Part shown: positions 37,406-50,000 of the stretch, piece by piece
How the letters are laid out: every line of letters begins with the position of its first letter
Numbering within the stretch: position 1 is the first letter of the stretch
DNA from: Priapulus caudatus
Taxonomy: Eukaryota
Length of the DNA stretch: 64,000 bases
Assembly (NCBI RefSeq): GCF_000485595.1
Contig: NW_014577065.1
Coordinates: 158,096 to 222,095, forward strand
Reading direction: 5' to 3'
Made by a program: the position numbers and the translations under genes
The notes under the pieces: generated by a model
Told to the model about the DNA's origin: nothing
Seen by the model: only the letters and a program-made list of their open reading frames with translations
Database searches by the model: none

Positions 37406-37928
37406 TATCTTAACGGAGCATCAATATTCAGCGTTACAGCTGTATTATATCGTACACACGTATTACGATTATGTATTGTTTAAGTGGTCATTGCTAATTA
37501 CGCAAGCCATTAATGCTCGGTGCGGTTTGTGAACTCGACAGCCATCGGATAAGTAGGAGATGGACGCTAAACGTATTACGAACATTGTAGTTGTTCATCT
37601 AGCGTGCATGCGGGCGTGCGTGTGCAAATTTTTCTGCTTGTCGATAGAACATATTCATTCTTATTTTCATAAACTTCCCCTCGTAATTTTTATAGATGTA
37701 ATATAAAAACGTCGACAGGTGGTATTTATAAATAAACGAGATTGTGCCGTGTATTTCTTCCTTTTCGATAATTTCACAATAATTTGAAAGTCATTATTGA
37801 TTTTTTGTGCGCATTAATGGTAGTCTTCGCTGAATGGCATCATGTGACTCACTTTGAGATCACGTGATAAAACCATAGCCTTGATTCATTTCCCCGTCTG
37901 TCACTCGCCCACTCTCTCTTTCGTTCTT

Positions 37929-37981
<53 letters not shown>

Positions 37982-38111
37982 CTGCTCTCTCCTCGTCTCT
38001 CTCCTCTCTCTCTCTGTCTCTCTCGGCCCGTCCGTCCGTCCATCATGCCATCCATCTATCCAAAAACAGGGGGCGCATACACCTACGCATACACTCGCGC
38101 GAGCAGGCTAA

Positions 38112-39660
38112 AGCATAACGCGCACACAACCCGAAGCAAACACAACTGAACGCTGGAGCAAACCGTCTTTCGCGTCGATTTCGTGGCATGTGCGGATTCC
38201 CCCGAAACAAAAAACATTGCTCAGCTGAGCGTGTTTCGCTGAACAAGCAATTTGATTCAGCGGAGTGTGTTTTCGCCTGAGCGTACGTTTTGCTCGGTGT
38301 GTGCGTCAATTGTTCTTCTACAACTTTGCTCAGCTGTGTTGCTGTGTCGGGTGGCGTGTGTGCGCTTGCTCGCCGAGCAGAAGCGCGAAACGCTGCGAAA
38401 ACAAAATTTCCAGTTTTGCTCGGTGTGTGCGTGTGCTTAAAGCCTAGCGCACACACCCGAGCAAAACGGGATTTTGTTTTCCAGCGTTTTCGCTTCTGCT
38501 CGGCGAGCAAGCGCACACCACCCACCCGACACAGCACACAGCTGAGCAAAACATACCAGAAACACTGCGTACAGCGCCGCTGTCACATGACATCAAAAAT
38601 AGCCATCCAATGGACATCCATTTTGTGTGTCATAGTGAATTTTTAAGATATTGATTGAGACCGCGTCTGTGGCGTTTCGCTGTGAGGCAAACGATTGACG
38701 CACACACCCGAGCAAACTACGTTATGCGAAAACACGCTCCGCGAATCAAACATTGCTTGTTCAGTGAAACACGTTCAGCTGAGCAATGTTTTTTGTTTCG
38801 GGAATTTGCACACAGCCACGAACATCAAGCGAAACACGTTTTGCTCCACGTTCAGGTGTTTTGCTCGGGTGTGTGCGTTATGCTTAAAGCCCAGCGCACA
38901 CATCCGAGCAAAACACCTGAACGTAGAGCAAAACACCTGAACGTAGAGCAAAAACGCGTTTCGCTCGATGTTCGTGGCTGTGTGCGGATTCCCGAAACAA
39001 AAAAACATTGCTCAGCTGAGCATGTTCAGCTGAACAAGCAATGTTTGATTCGCTGAACGTGTTTTCGCCTGAACGTACGTTTTGCTCGGGTGTGTGCGTC
39101 AATCGTTCTGCTACACAGCGAAACGCCACAGACGGTCTCCAATCAATATCCTTAAAAATATCACATGACACACAAAATGGCGACTACCATCGAGTCGGTG
39201 CCGGTACACTAGTGCTGCCACGTTGCGGTAACCTCCCTCCACGCCCGGGGGATAGCATTACCCCGAGCCGGTGTAGTGTTCGGAAAATGCTTGCATGCCC
39301 GCCGTGCTTCCGTATCCTCCCTTCTCAATTCTGTGAGCAAATTAGTAAATATCCCCTTTTCCTCTCGTCTACCTATCCATTACCCCAAACCTGACGATTA
39401 CGGGCCTTTCTTCGTCGAATACGCATTAAAAGTAAAATTGCGAGAATTTGTGTACGTTTATTCATGGAGGCAGCCATTTTGGATGTCATGTGCTTGGATG
39501 TCACTGGCGCTGTATGTTTGTATTGTGTTGTATATGTATTTTGTATGTTTTGCTCAGCTGTGTGCTGTGTCGAGTGGCGTGTGTGCGCTTGCTCGCCCAG
39601 CAGAACGCGAAACGCTGGAAAACAAAATTTCCCGTTTTGCTCGGATGTGTGCGCCGGGCT
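38112..39660. mobile_element. Three abutting PIF/Harbinger-like MITEs (38112-38437, 38441-38884, 38888-39660) in alternating orientation
   Basis: Each begins agc(a/c)..cgcacac..ccgagcaaa and ends tttgctcgg..gtgtgcg...gct. They are separated by single TAA triplets (38109-11, 38438-40, 38885-87). The middle copy is the reverse complement of the outer two. Confidence 0.75.
39208..39263. mobile_element. Solo right end of the 2264-2655 MITE family inside the third Harbinger-like copy
   Basis: actagtgctgccacgttgcggtaacctccctccacgcccgggggatagcattaccc is nearly identical to 2600-2655. Confidence 0.8.
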
Positions 39661-42546
39661 CAATACACAAAGACGTACGACGAACCGCACGCACGCTTGC
39701 TCCCTCGCATGCATACACTCAGCAGAGATGCCAACACATATTTGAAGCAATCTGTAGTTTCTGGCCATCAAATTAGTAGTTCGAGGGTGACGTAGTGACC
39801 CGAGTTTGCTAGGGGGGTCCGGCATGCCCCTCCCGGAAAAAATTTTGATTCTGAGATGCAATTTCCTGCATTCTGAGGGTCAAAAATGACAATAAATTGA
39901 CAAAAAATTACAATAATTAAAAAAAAAAATTTTGGTTTGATCACAGTGAAATTCTTAGTTTGATACAAACTGGTCGTAGTGGTGCAAAAGGAATAGAAAT
40001 TCGTATAAAATACGGATAAATCGTAGTGGTTGGCATCTCTGCATACACGCACGCACGTGTGCGCCACGTAACACACATGCACCCGCACACGCATACGCAT
40101 TCACACGCGCGCATACCCAACACACGACGCGCACACCCGTACGCGCGCGCACACTAATCACACACTAAATTAGTGAGCTCAGTGTGGTTTAACAATAACA
40201 ATTGCTATGTCTTGAAGTGATATCAGTCAAGACGTTCACACAGGGCGTGGCTAGTATATTTGATACTCTCTTGAAAGATGACTTGAAAATGGACGAACTG
40301 ACCACGAACTCCTAGCTCACGCCCTAGCTTACAACCGTCTACATTGGCAACTGTAATTGCAACTGTGTTACCATGTACAATAGCAGTCAACACGAACCTA
40401 ACTGCATTCTCCCGCTAAAAGCCATAAATATACTGGCTTGTGACTGCTCAAATGAAGCCCCCTTGATACTGACCACATCTAAGAGCCTTGCTTGCTAAAG
40501 AAATATAAGCCAAAGATAAAGGCATTCAGGCAATATACATGTGTCGCTGACCAACTTTACCAGCGCCACCAGTTATGAATAACAGGTGAAGTAAATCGAG
40601 TAAATGTAAAACGCCAATACACTTCAGCAATGCTTGAAGAGCATAAATTCTGATATCCACGGTTCATATTCGCCCTAATAACGCCATTATATGGCAACAG
40701 CTAACATAACAGCTTTAACTCATGATCACCACGGCCTGCAGCGGATTACGTTGCTCTACCTAAACCTACTCTGCTTAAACCTAACCTCACTAATACTGGC
40801 TTAACATACTAACCTTGGTTGTATGTTCACCGCTCACTCGCCCTGGTACATCAAATCGTTGCACGGCTTCAATTCAGATAAGAATATTGACTCTCAATCG
40901 GCAGCTATAACAGACTGTGTGATTGCACCCGCCCGTCCGATCGTCCGTTCGTTCGTTTGTCCGTGGGTTCGTCTATTCTGTCGGTCTATCTGTCTGTCTG
41001 TCAGGCTGACAACCAACTGCCCCTCTGGCCCCTCTCGTGCATTTGCACATTGCAATCATTCTCTATATCTGTCGCTCCAACTAACAGACGCACACGCCTA
41101 TGCACATGTACATGCCCACACGCGCGCACACACTCGTTCGCGCACTTCTCTCTCTCTTTTGCACGTTCGCTCTTCACTCTCATATCTTTCTTACTATGTT
41201 CGGATTCGCGCAAATTCTGTCGAAATTGCAAACGTCAGATGCGGCGTCCTATTCGCCACAAGACGGCGACAATATAGAACTATATATCCTTCGTCTCCTT
41301 GTATAAGTGTCCCTCTAAGCCATTTACGACGCAAAGGAATAGAATGTCGACAGGTGGCCCATGTGAAATAATAACTCAAAACTAAATGAAACGATGCTAC
41401 GACCCTCATTTGTCTCTGAGAGGTGTGGACGAATGAGTAACGGCCGGTCGGCACTTTCCTGTTCCAGTTGCTCATCAGCAGTGCCATTGATCCAGCCTAA
41501 CTAAGCGTCGTCTTGGCAATTCGTTTGGCAATTGTCTTGCTAATGTGGATAAATTTACGCTCGCCGGAACGAAATTAACTTGTGTTCGCGAGCGGCCGAT
41601 CTATTTGTACAGATCTTCTCTAAAAGATCTCGGAATATGCACAGCAGTTTTACCAGCTCACTCGCATATCATCATTGAGGCGTACCGCGATGCACCGATA
41701 ATTGTTACTCACAGAAGTGGGTCCATTCTAGGTAACTTAATTGCCTAGTGTTAGTGTTAGTGTTAGTGTGGTTTACAGTTAGACAGCTTACACAGTTAGG
41801 CACGTGTTAGTCAGACGCGTGGTGTGCACCGCGATCGTTGATAAGCGCACGTTTTGCTGGCTTTTTGCTGTAGGTGAGACATGAAAAACAACCAATCAGG
41901 TGAGTGCGCGTTGAAAAATAGATCTTTATAGTTTACGTGCGCTTGCGTTTTATTTTCCATTTCTTGAATGGAGCATGCTGGATTGGATTTGAATGTGTTT
42001 TTAAGACGTAGAGGCAGCATTATTGCATTCAGCATGGCTGTCATAGCTAGCTGTGTGTGCATTCGCTTGCCGGACTGATGACAGAACGCGCTGTAAATTG
42101 TATTCCATTACGTCGAACGTTTACCGTCTTTGAATAATCGCATATTTTTCAGAATGCCCGAACTCATCTCCGGACCGAGTGAGATGAGTAGGCAATATGC
42201 GATCTCCTCTATGTACATGAACAATAATTTACTCTACTTTGCAAGACAAATACGGGGATTATGTGTATTTGTCGGATCGAGACCAGAATTGTAATCAAAA
42301 TGGGTTGAATGCGCGTAAACGTGATCGAATGTCTCGTTTCTTGACTAATGATGGACTCAGGCCAAAATGGCGCGATATTATGTCTATCAGTACATAGATA
42401 ATACATATAGTGTGTAGATGTAGTCCATTTCGCTTCATTTGGTTTCTCATTACGGGGCTATTATCAGCTAGGGGCAAGTTAGTTGCACATGCGCAGCATT
42501 GGCAACTGCTCACAGGTGAGACGTATCTAGACACCTAACCACTAAC

Positions 42547-42781
42547 TACGGGGCGCCATGCAGGATAGGCATTTTTGTACCTATAAACTTGACAAAAATG
42601 AGTTTTGTGAACACAAAACTCAATTCTGTCAATCCTGTCCCACAAAACTCAATTCAAAAATCAACACAAAAATCTGACTTTTGTGAGACAGAATTGAGTT
42701 GTGTGCACAAAAGTGAGTTTTGTGAGACAGAATTGAGTTTTGTTAGACAAAATTGAGCCCTGTCCTGCATGGCGCCCCGTA
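42547..42781. mobile_element. 235-bp MITE with TACGG termini (IS3EU-like)
   Basis: ctaac|tacggggcgccatgcagga ... tcctgcatggcgccccgta|ctaac. Internal repeats ttttgtgagacagaattgag. Confidence 0.82.
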
Positions 42782-43099
42782 CTAACGGACACTAATTAGC
42801 TAACTGACAAATATTCACAGTTACTGCTCCGTGTTTTTGCCAATTCTTATGTGTATGCATCAGTCGCGGCACTGTATCGCATCGCATCGGTCGTAAGTTG
42901 CGTTACCATGCTGGGATCAGCCAGTTTCCTGGAAATTCTTTGATAAGTTTTGTCAAGCGTAATATCAAAACTCGCCCTCACGATCGTCATCGCGCCTCGA
43001 AGCCCCCTTACGCCCTCTATGTAAGCGCATATCTATATAAGAGATTCTCACCCACAGTCACGTTCCACATAATCGCACCACACAGTCCCGCCCATCCAT

Positions 43100-43552
43100 G
43101 CACACAGTCACACACTTACAGCCACACCCACAGTCACACACTTACAGCCAGACCCACAGTCACACACTTACAGCCACACCCATAGTCACACTCTTTCGGT
43201 GCCAGCTACACAGTCACTGCGCGCTCACAATCATACCCCTAGCCACACCCTCACTGTCCCACCCCACAGTCACAACTACTGTCACCGTACCTTACAGTGC
43301 TGCCTACGCAGTCACACCCTCACAGTCACACTCACGGTCACACCCTTACAGTCACACTCACGGTCACACCCTCACAGTCACACTCACGGTCACACCCTCA
43401 CAGTCACACTCACGGTCACACCCTCACAGTCACACTCACGGTCACACCCTCACAGTCACACTCACGGTCACACCCTCACAGTCACACTCACGGTCACACC
43501 CTCACAGTCACACTCACGGTAACAACCTCACAGTCACACTCACGGTCACACT
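43100..43552. repeat. 26-bp minisatellites
   Basis: cacagtcacactcacggtcacaccct, about 9 copies at 43310-43552. A related unit, cacagtcacacacttacagccacacc, has about 3 copies at 43100-43190. Confidence 0.9.
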
Positions 43553-45345
43553 CTCTCAGCAACACCTACAGAGTCATGCCTTCATAGTCATACCCACGGA
43601 GTCCCACTCCACTTAGCTTAGCCGAATTGAACCTGCACATCCCCCCACACACACATAACAACAACAACAACAACAACAACAAAAACAACAACAACAACAA
43701 CGAACACACACACGCACATACAGACCAGCACACGCACACGCGTAAGCACGCACACACGCACGCACCCAGACACATTAACAGTTTATATAGAAGTGGCGTG
43801 TAACGCTTTGCTCTTTCCATTTGCGTTTTCACGGCCATCCATCAACCGATTGCAAATTTAATGTTACACATGCACTATAGCATCACTATATACGTACAGC
43901 AACTTTTTAGCATCCGAACTTTCTCCTTCTCTCTCTCTCTCTTTCATATCATCCTCACGTTTGCCCCGAATACGTAAATTTCCATTTGCTGCGAAGTAAA
44001 CAGTATGCACATCTCACTTTTTTCGGAAATGCGTTCTATGCGCATTTCACTTTGACCGCCATCACAAAATGTGTTCCCCCACCACCAATCAACTGATTCA
44101 TCGGCGTCAAACGACGTGTGAGTAACCTAGCTAACACTGGATTGTTGAACCGTGGCGCGAGGCATCTTTCAGAAAAAGCGATGTGAACGAATTGGCCGGA
44201 TCGCAGTTGTGTCGAGCAACGATAAGTTCAAAGAGCAGCTAGGCTTGATTGATTCTCGCTGTCACAACCGGGCCTATTTGCGGACCCGGTGCCCGTTGTC
44301 AGAAACAAAATTAATTAAATTTAGCCTTAGCATTAACTTCTTCTCATAGACTGGACCGCCATACGCTGCGTATGAGAATATCTTCAGTTTGCGATGTTTC
44401 TGACAACACTGTAAGAGAAAAGGTTAATGTCAAGACAAATGTTTTGTTTTTGTTAAAGACTAGTTTTGTTTTTGACAACGAGCCCCGAATATATATATTT
44501 CGCGTACCGAAATGGTTAGCATCTAACATTCGCATAATTTATACATGGGACTAGCCCGCGAAAAACGAGAATCTATCGCTCGTATGCTGCCTATCAGCGC
44601 GATGAATTAGAAATCCTAATTGGAAGTTGAAATTGTTCGAAATAGTTATCTAGTTCTACAGCGTTATGTATCAGTTCCTTGTAAGAAACCCACAATCAAA
44701 TGGCTCGAGTCAAAGAAAACTGAATCAGTGATCTGGTAAAAATTCATTTTATAGGTTTCTTTAACTTTATGGACCGCCGGCAGAAAGAAAACCGCGAACA
44801 CCGGGCTTAGCTAGGCGGTTTGGTGTGCTGGTAAAGCAGCTTTAAGACGTTTATACACGAATCTCGAGTTGATTTATGGGTCATTTCCATAAAGGTCGAT
44901 ATTTCTGAACTGAAATTTGTCGTTAATTAAAACGTGTTAATATTACGCGATATACTGAAGCCTAATCGGAATTAGCTTCTTTTTTCAATATGGTCATATA
45001 TTCATAATGGATACTTCGTGTGATTGTCGTGCAACCTCTGATATCGTTAGACGATTACAGCTTCTGCCGAGTGCTGCTTTCAACCAGTGAGTAGAATGAA
45101 GCCCGAGCACACTCCAGTATCTCCTAGCAACCCGGCCCCGATACATTCACCCACATAATTTTAAAGGTATTTGTCAGCCGAGTGTAATGGATTGATACGC
45201 TAGCAGCAGGTCACGTACTACCATTGCTATATACTATACTGCTATATACTGGAACTGTTAATAATAACACGGCATAGCATACCGTACGCCAAAACTACCA
45301 ACGATGAGTGCTTCCTAATTACTCGCTTATTTTACCCACCTGGCC

Positions 45346-45838
45346 GCGAGTTTTTAAACCGTAGGATGGCGACTGAAGATTGATAAATTATTCATGACAT
45401 CACACATGGTTCGCGTTTCTGATTCGTTGCCGGATTTTACTATATTTTATGTAAGACCATCATAACGCAACATTCTCATGCTGAATTGAGTTGAATGTCG
45501 TGGATATTCGTCCGAGCATCGGACACCTGTTCGTATGCGCTATTCGTCCGAGCAGTCGCGCAGCGTTGTATGCGTCGCTTTCCCACACCATAGATTAATT
45601 TGCTACTATGACACGCGTATATAAGATAGCCGAGTCGGTTTAGAGTTAGTGTTAGGGTTAGGGTTGGGTTATGGTTAGGGTTAGGTTTAAGGTTAGGGAT
45701 ATGGTTTTGGGCTCGTGAAGTGGGCTTGAGTGAAGTGAATTATTACTTCGCATAAATCAAATCAGAAACGCGAACCATGTGTGATGTCATGAATAATTTA
45801 TCAATCTTCAGTCGCTATCCTACGGTTTAAAAACTCGC
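45346..45838. mobile_element. MITE with ~80-bp TIRs, 9-bp TSD and internal (TTAGGG)n-like array
   Basis: gcgagtttttaaaccgtaggatggcgactgaagattgataaattattcatgacatcacacatggttcgcgtttctgatt has its reverse complement at ~45760-45838. TSD cacctggcc/cacccggcc. ggttag repeats at ~45640-45705. Confidence 0.85.
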
Positions 45839-46454
45839 CACCCGGCCTACCTCGCTCCCGGTCAACGATCGATTGGCTGACAAGCTCATACGCAGCCTAG
45901 CAGAAACCGAGTGATTATTTTCTGCCTACATACAAATATCAAACTTGATACTTGTACGAATACACACGTTCGATACTGTCTGAACCGAGTCGGGGAATAC
46001 CACACCGGTATAATTATGTATTTGGCCATCGTTTGCTCGAGTTATCTTTGTCAGCGCAGGAAAGTCGTTTCAACGAAGCTACCTAATTGTATTTGTTGTT
46101 GAATAAAATAGTGAAAACAGCTCATCGGTCGGCAATTATTTTTCCGCTGCTTACCATATATTAGGAGTATATGAACAGAGATCTCTACTCATGTACTCCC
46201 GACCATATAATACTCTTGAGCGTGTGACGCGTGAAGCGTGAAGCGCAGTTAACGTGTTAATTTACGTGTATTCTTCGCATTAATTAGTGTCTATATCTAT
46301 TCGTGTAAGCTTAATTTGCGCGAGAGAATAAATGAGAAAGCGAGGGAGAAGGGGATCGCACACGCGAAACTGAATTGCGGCTAATGAACACGTATAGAAG
46401 GAAGATATAATTATATAGAACGAGAGAGAGAGATATATATATAGCGTATGTTGG

Positions 46455-46586
46455 GGATGTGCGTGTGCGTGTGTGAGGGCGTGTGTGTGTGTGTGCGTGT
46501 GTGTGTGTGTGTGCGTGTGTGTGCGTGTGTGCGGGCGTGTGTATGTGCGTGCGTGTGTGTGTGTGCGTGCGGGCATGTATGTGTGC

Positions 46587-46617
<31 letters not shown>

Positions 46618-46971
46618 TGCGTGTGTGCGGGCGTGTGTGTGCGTGTGTGTGCGTGCGTGTGTGCGTGCGTGCGTGTATGTGTGCGTGCGTGCGTGTATGT
46701 GTGCGTGCGGGCGTGGGTGGGTGAGTTTTTGTGCACGCGCGCGTGTTACGCGTGAGTGTGTGAATAATTCCAATATTTATCAGTGGGGCCAACGCTGAGC
46801 CTATATATAGTGCATAGCAAACGCCATCATTCACCATATTATGTGTCTGGCTTTATCACGGTGGTGAGATGCTCCAAAATTAAGGATCCAAATGTTCGGC
46901 CAACGGAATGCACCGAGACTTCCAGCATCGAGCGTATCAGAATAAAGAAGAGCGGAATGAGAGCGGAGAAG

Positions 46972-47030
<59 letters not shown>
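46455..47030. repeat. (GT/GTGC)n and (GA)n microsatellites
   Basis: Visible arrays at 46455-46720 and 46975-47030. Confidence 0.9.
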
Positions 47031-47032
<2 letters not shown>

Positions 47033-50000
47033 GGCTAAATATTCTGGCAGCAAGAAAGATTAAAATACCCATAATTATCCTGTTTATCTACAGGGCAGAT
47101 TGTCTGACATGGAATTATTAGTATTTCATGCATTTTATATTTGCGTTTCCATACAAGAGATCTCAATTTGCTACTAATACATGTCACCGTAAAAATACGG
47201 TGACAAGAAAATGAATGAATTCGGCCTCATTAATAATTCCTCTAAATCAATATGCAACTTGTAATACGTTTCCTACGACGGTAATACTCCCGAGACACTA
47301 GAAAGTTCATTCAAGCCTTATTTGAAACAATATTTACATATAATCAAATTTGATCAAGTAAATCCTGCAAATTAATTTGAGTATTTTTACTTTATTTTTG
47401 GCAGGTCCTGCGGAGAAACACATTAGGCAAGCGACTAATTAGTTTGTGATTTCTTTCGCCGACGAACACATCGACGTATGTCGGCACTGCGCATGCGCCG
47501 TAGATATGAATTTGGCACGCGGAGTGAAGCGAGTCTGCTGTGCGATGGTTAGGTTAGTGCAGCATCGGACGCGGAGCGAGTATAGGCATTGCGCAGAGGC
47601 AAGGCGTACGTTTTACTACAAGGCGTCGGTGTGCACTCATCGATTGTAATTTGCGTTGGTTGGCGTGATTGGTTAGCCATCGCTGCAGATGCTGCGCGTC
47701 TCGGAGAAGATTCAGTCGTTCGTCCAGATTCGAGCGAACAGATTCCGACGCTTACTCGAAAACGCGTGAGTACATTAACGTGTTTGTGGTGTTGCCTGTA
47801 TTTTTACGTCGCCTGCATTGTTTTGAAGGTAACAGGTTTCTGTGCCGGGGTTTTAATGAGGATGTTTTCCGTTACTATGTGATTGCACAATAGGCGAGGA
47901 AATAAGAGAAAAGCATGTGTGGGTGAAGAACAGTGTTCATTAGCATGCTAATTTAAAATGAAACGAATTAAGGTATTATTCTAGCGATCCTGAGAGCCCA
48001 CAACCTCCGGCGCGTAGAAACACACATATTTCAATGTACAAGACACGAGCGGACTTTGTACGTCGTCGCGGTGGAATGAGGAATTGTGATTTATGCGCTA
48101 ATATCCAGGCAAGATTCATAAGTCCATATCGACCAAAGTACAACTGCCCCAAACGACCTAACAACGTACTCATAGCTTATTTTTCTTGTAAAAATGTAAA
48201 CTGATAGAGGGAGAGAGGGAGACAATATGTCAGCGGTGACGACGTAGATGGTGCAGAGAAGCAGAGCAAGTAACTCTCAGAACACTGCCGATGGCTCCTC
48301 GTGTTTCATTTCTTAAGGCGCTTTGTTGTCAACTCTACAGTAAATCGTGGTGTCGCTCGGTCACGCATTATATAGTCCTTGGCGCCGGAAAATCCAAGAA
48401 GTGAAATTTTAGTAACTAGATCGTAGGCGATACTGTTACACATAAGAACACGTTTTAGTTTAACAGCAATGAACTGAACGTTCATATATCGGCGGCGGTG
48501 AGTGCACCTTTCTCCTTGAGACATAATAGGATAGCCATTAGCCTTATTGTTCCTGGCAGCTTGAAGCCGATCCATGAATATGATACAGATAAACTCCATG
48601 CAGTCAACGTCCCTAATACCGACCATCGGGACCGACTATTTAGTTTGGGTTTCTGTGAATTTCGGTTTCTAGGGAGTTGGGACATCTTACATGTTTTAGA
48701 TAGTGTTGATAGTTAAACATCGTCCGGTTTAATGTAAGATTCGGTTTTGGGGGCGTTCTGAATTTGGTGAGATAACTGTGTCATAATTTTCGACGACGAA
48801 ATTTACATGGTTATTTACGCGCGCGCGCGTGCGCGTGACGTGCCTGTGGCTGTGTGTGTAGCGTGCCCCAGTGGCAGTGCGTGAATTGTGTGCTGCGTGC
48901 ATGCGTGTGCGTGTCGTGTGTGTGTGGTGTGTGTGTGGTGTGTGTGTGTGTGTGTGTGCTCCTTGTTGTGTGGCGGTGTGTGTGGCTGTGTGTGTGTTTG
49001 GTGTGTGTGTGTGTGTGTGTAGGTCCCATGGTGTGTGTGTGTAGGCGTCGTGCTGGTGTGCTGTGTGCGTTCGTGTGTGTACCTCGTGTGGTGGTGGTTG
49101 GGAGTAGAGAAGAAGAAGCAGGATAGCTCCGTGTTGTTTGGGTATCAGCCTGCGCGTTGTGTGTGTGTAGAATATGGCGAGTGAGAGAGAGAGAGAGGGA
49201 TGGAATGATGTGTGTGTGCGTGTGATTGTTGTGCCGTGTGGAGAGGTGTGTATTGCAAATGTGCGCAAATTAAGAGATCTATTTATTCTGAGATTATGAG
49301 GACTGTTGTGATGCGTGGATTTCTCGAGAGGTTACAGCGAGGGGCGTGTTTGTGTGCTGGTGCGTGGCAGTGTGTGCGTTTTAGAGACTTGCATTAGGTC
49401 TGCGTGTCACTCCCCCCTTATGCTTTTCGTTGAATGTGCAGGCCAGCCCGTTCCCTTTACCATGAGCCACGCCGGTGACGCGCCGTTAAGGAGAAGATTC
49501 TCAGATTACGCAGCGACAATACTACGATAGCCATATACTGTCATTTTTGCGCTTCATCGAAGTTTGATCAGACCGGGGCCAAATGCGACATGATGAGCAG
49601 AAATCGGGATTGGGGAGGGGACGGAGACGGTGGTGCACTCGGTGAGGTTACTAACCGGAGACGACATTGTTTGACAAAGATAAAATCGACGCACCGGAGA
49701 CGGAGGATGTGTGAAGAGCATTGTTTGGTGTGTTAGACGATGATGTGGTAATGGCTCCTGAAGAGTGTAGCCCAGAGACCCCCTTTAGGAGCGCGAGTGC
49801 CTCGAGCGCCGTTAGCGCATGCGGGTATAGAGAAGGGAACAAAGGAGCCGTGTTTAAAGATACGGAATAGCATGACAAACGGAAGCCAGCGAAACAGTAC
49901 GCGAGCGCAGAACGGATTGCCCCAAGAGCAAAGACGAGAGGAGAGAGAGGACCGTAGCGCGAGCCATTCACCTAATTAAGATGGAGAGCGGTTCTTGCTA

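Noticed and set aside
41320..41500. Minus-strand exon (WINGTADEQLEQESADRPLLIRPHLSETNE)
   Set aside because: No polypyrimidine tract at the acceptor, no recognisable homology and no partner exons.
42070..42110. Hammerhead ribozyme (CTGATGA plus short stem)
   Set aside because: The required GAAA is TAAA and I could not form stems I and III.
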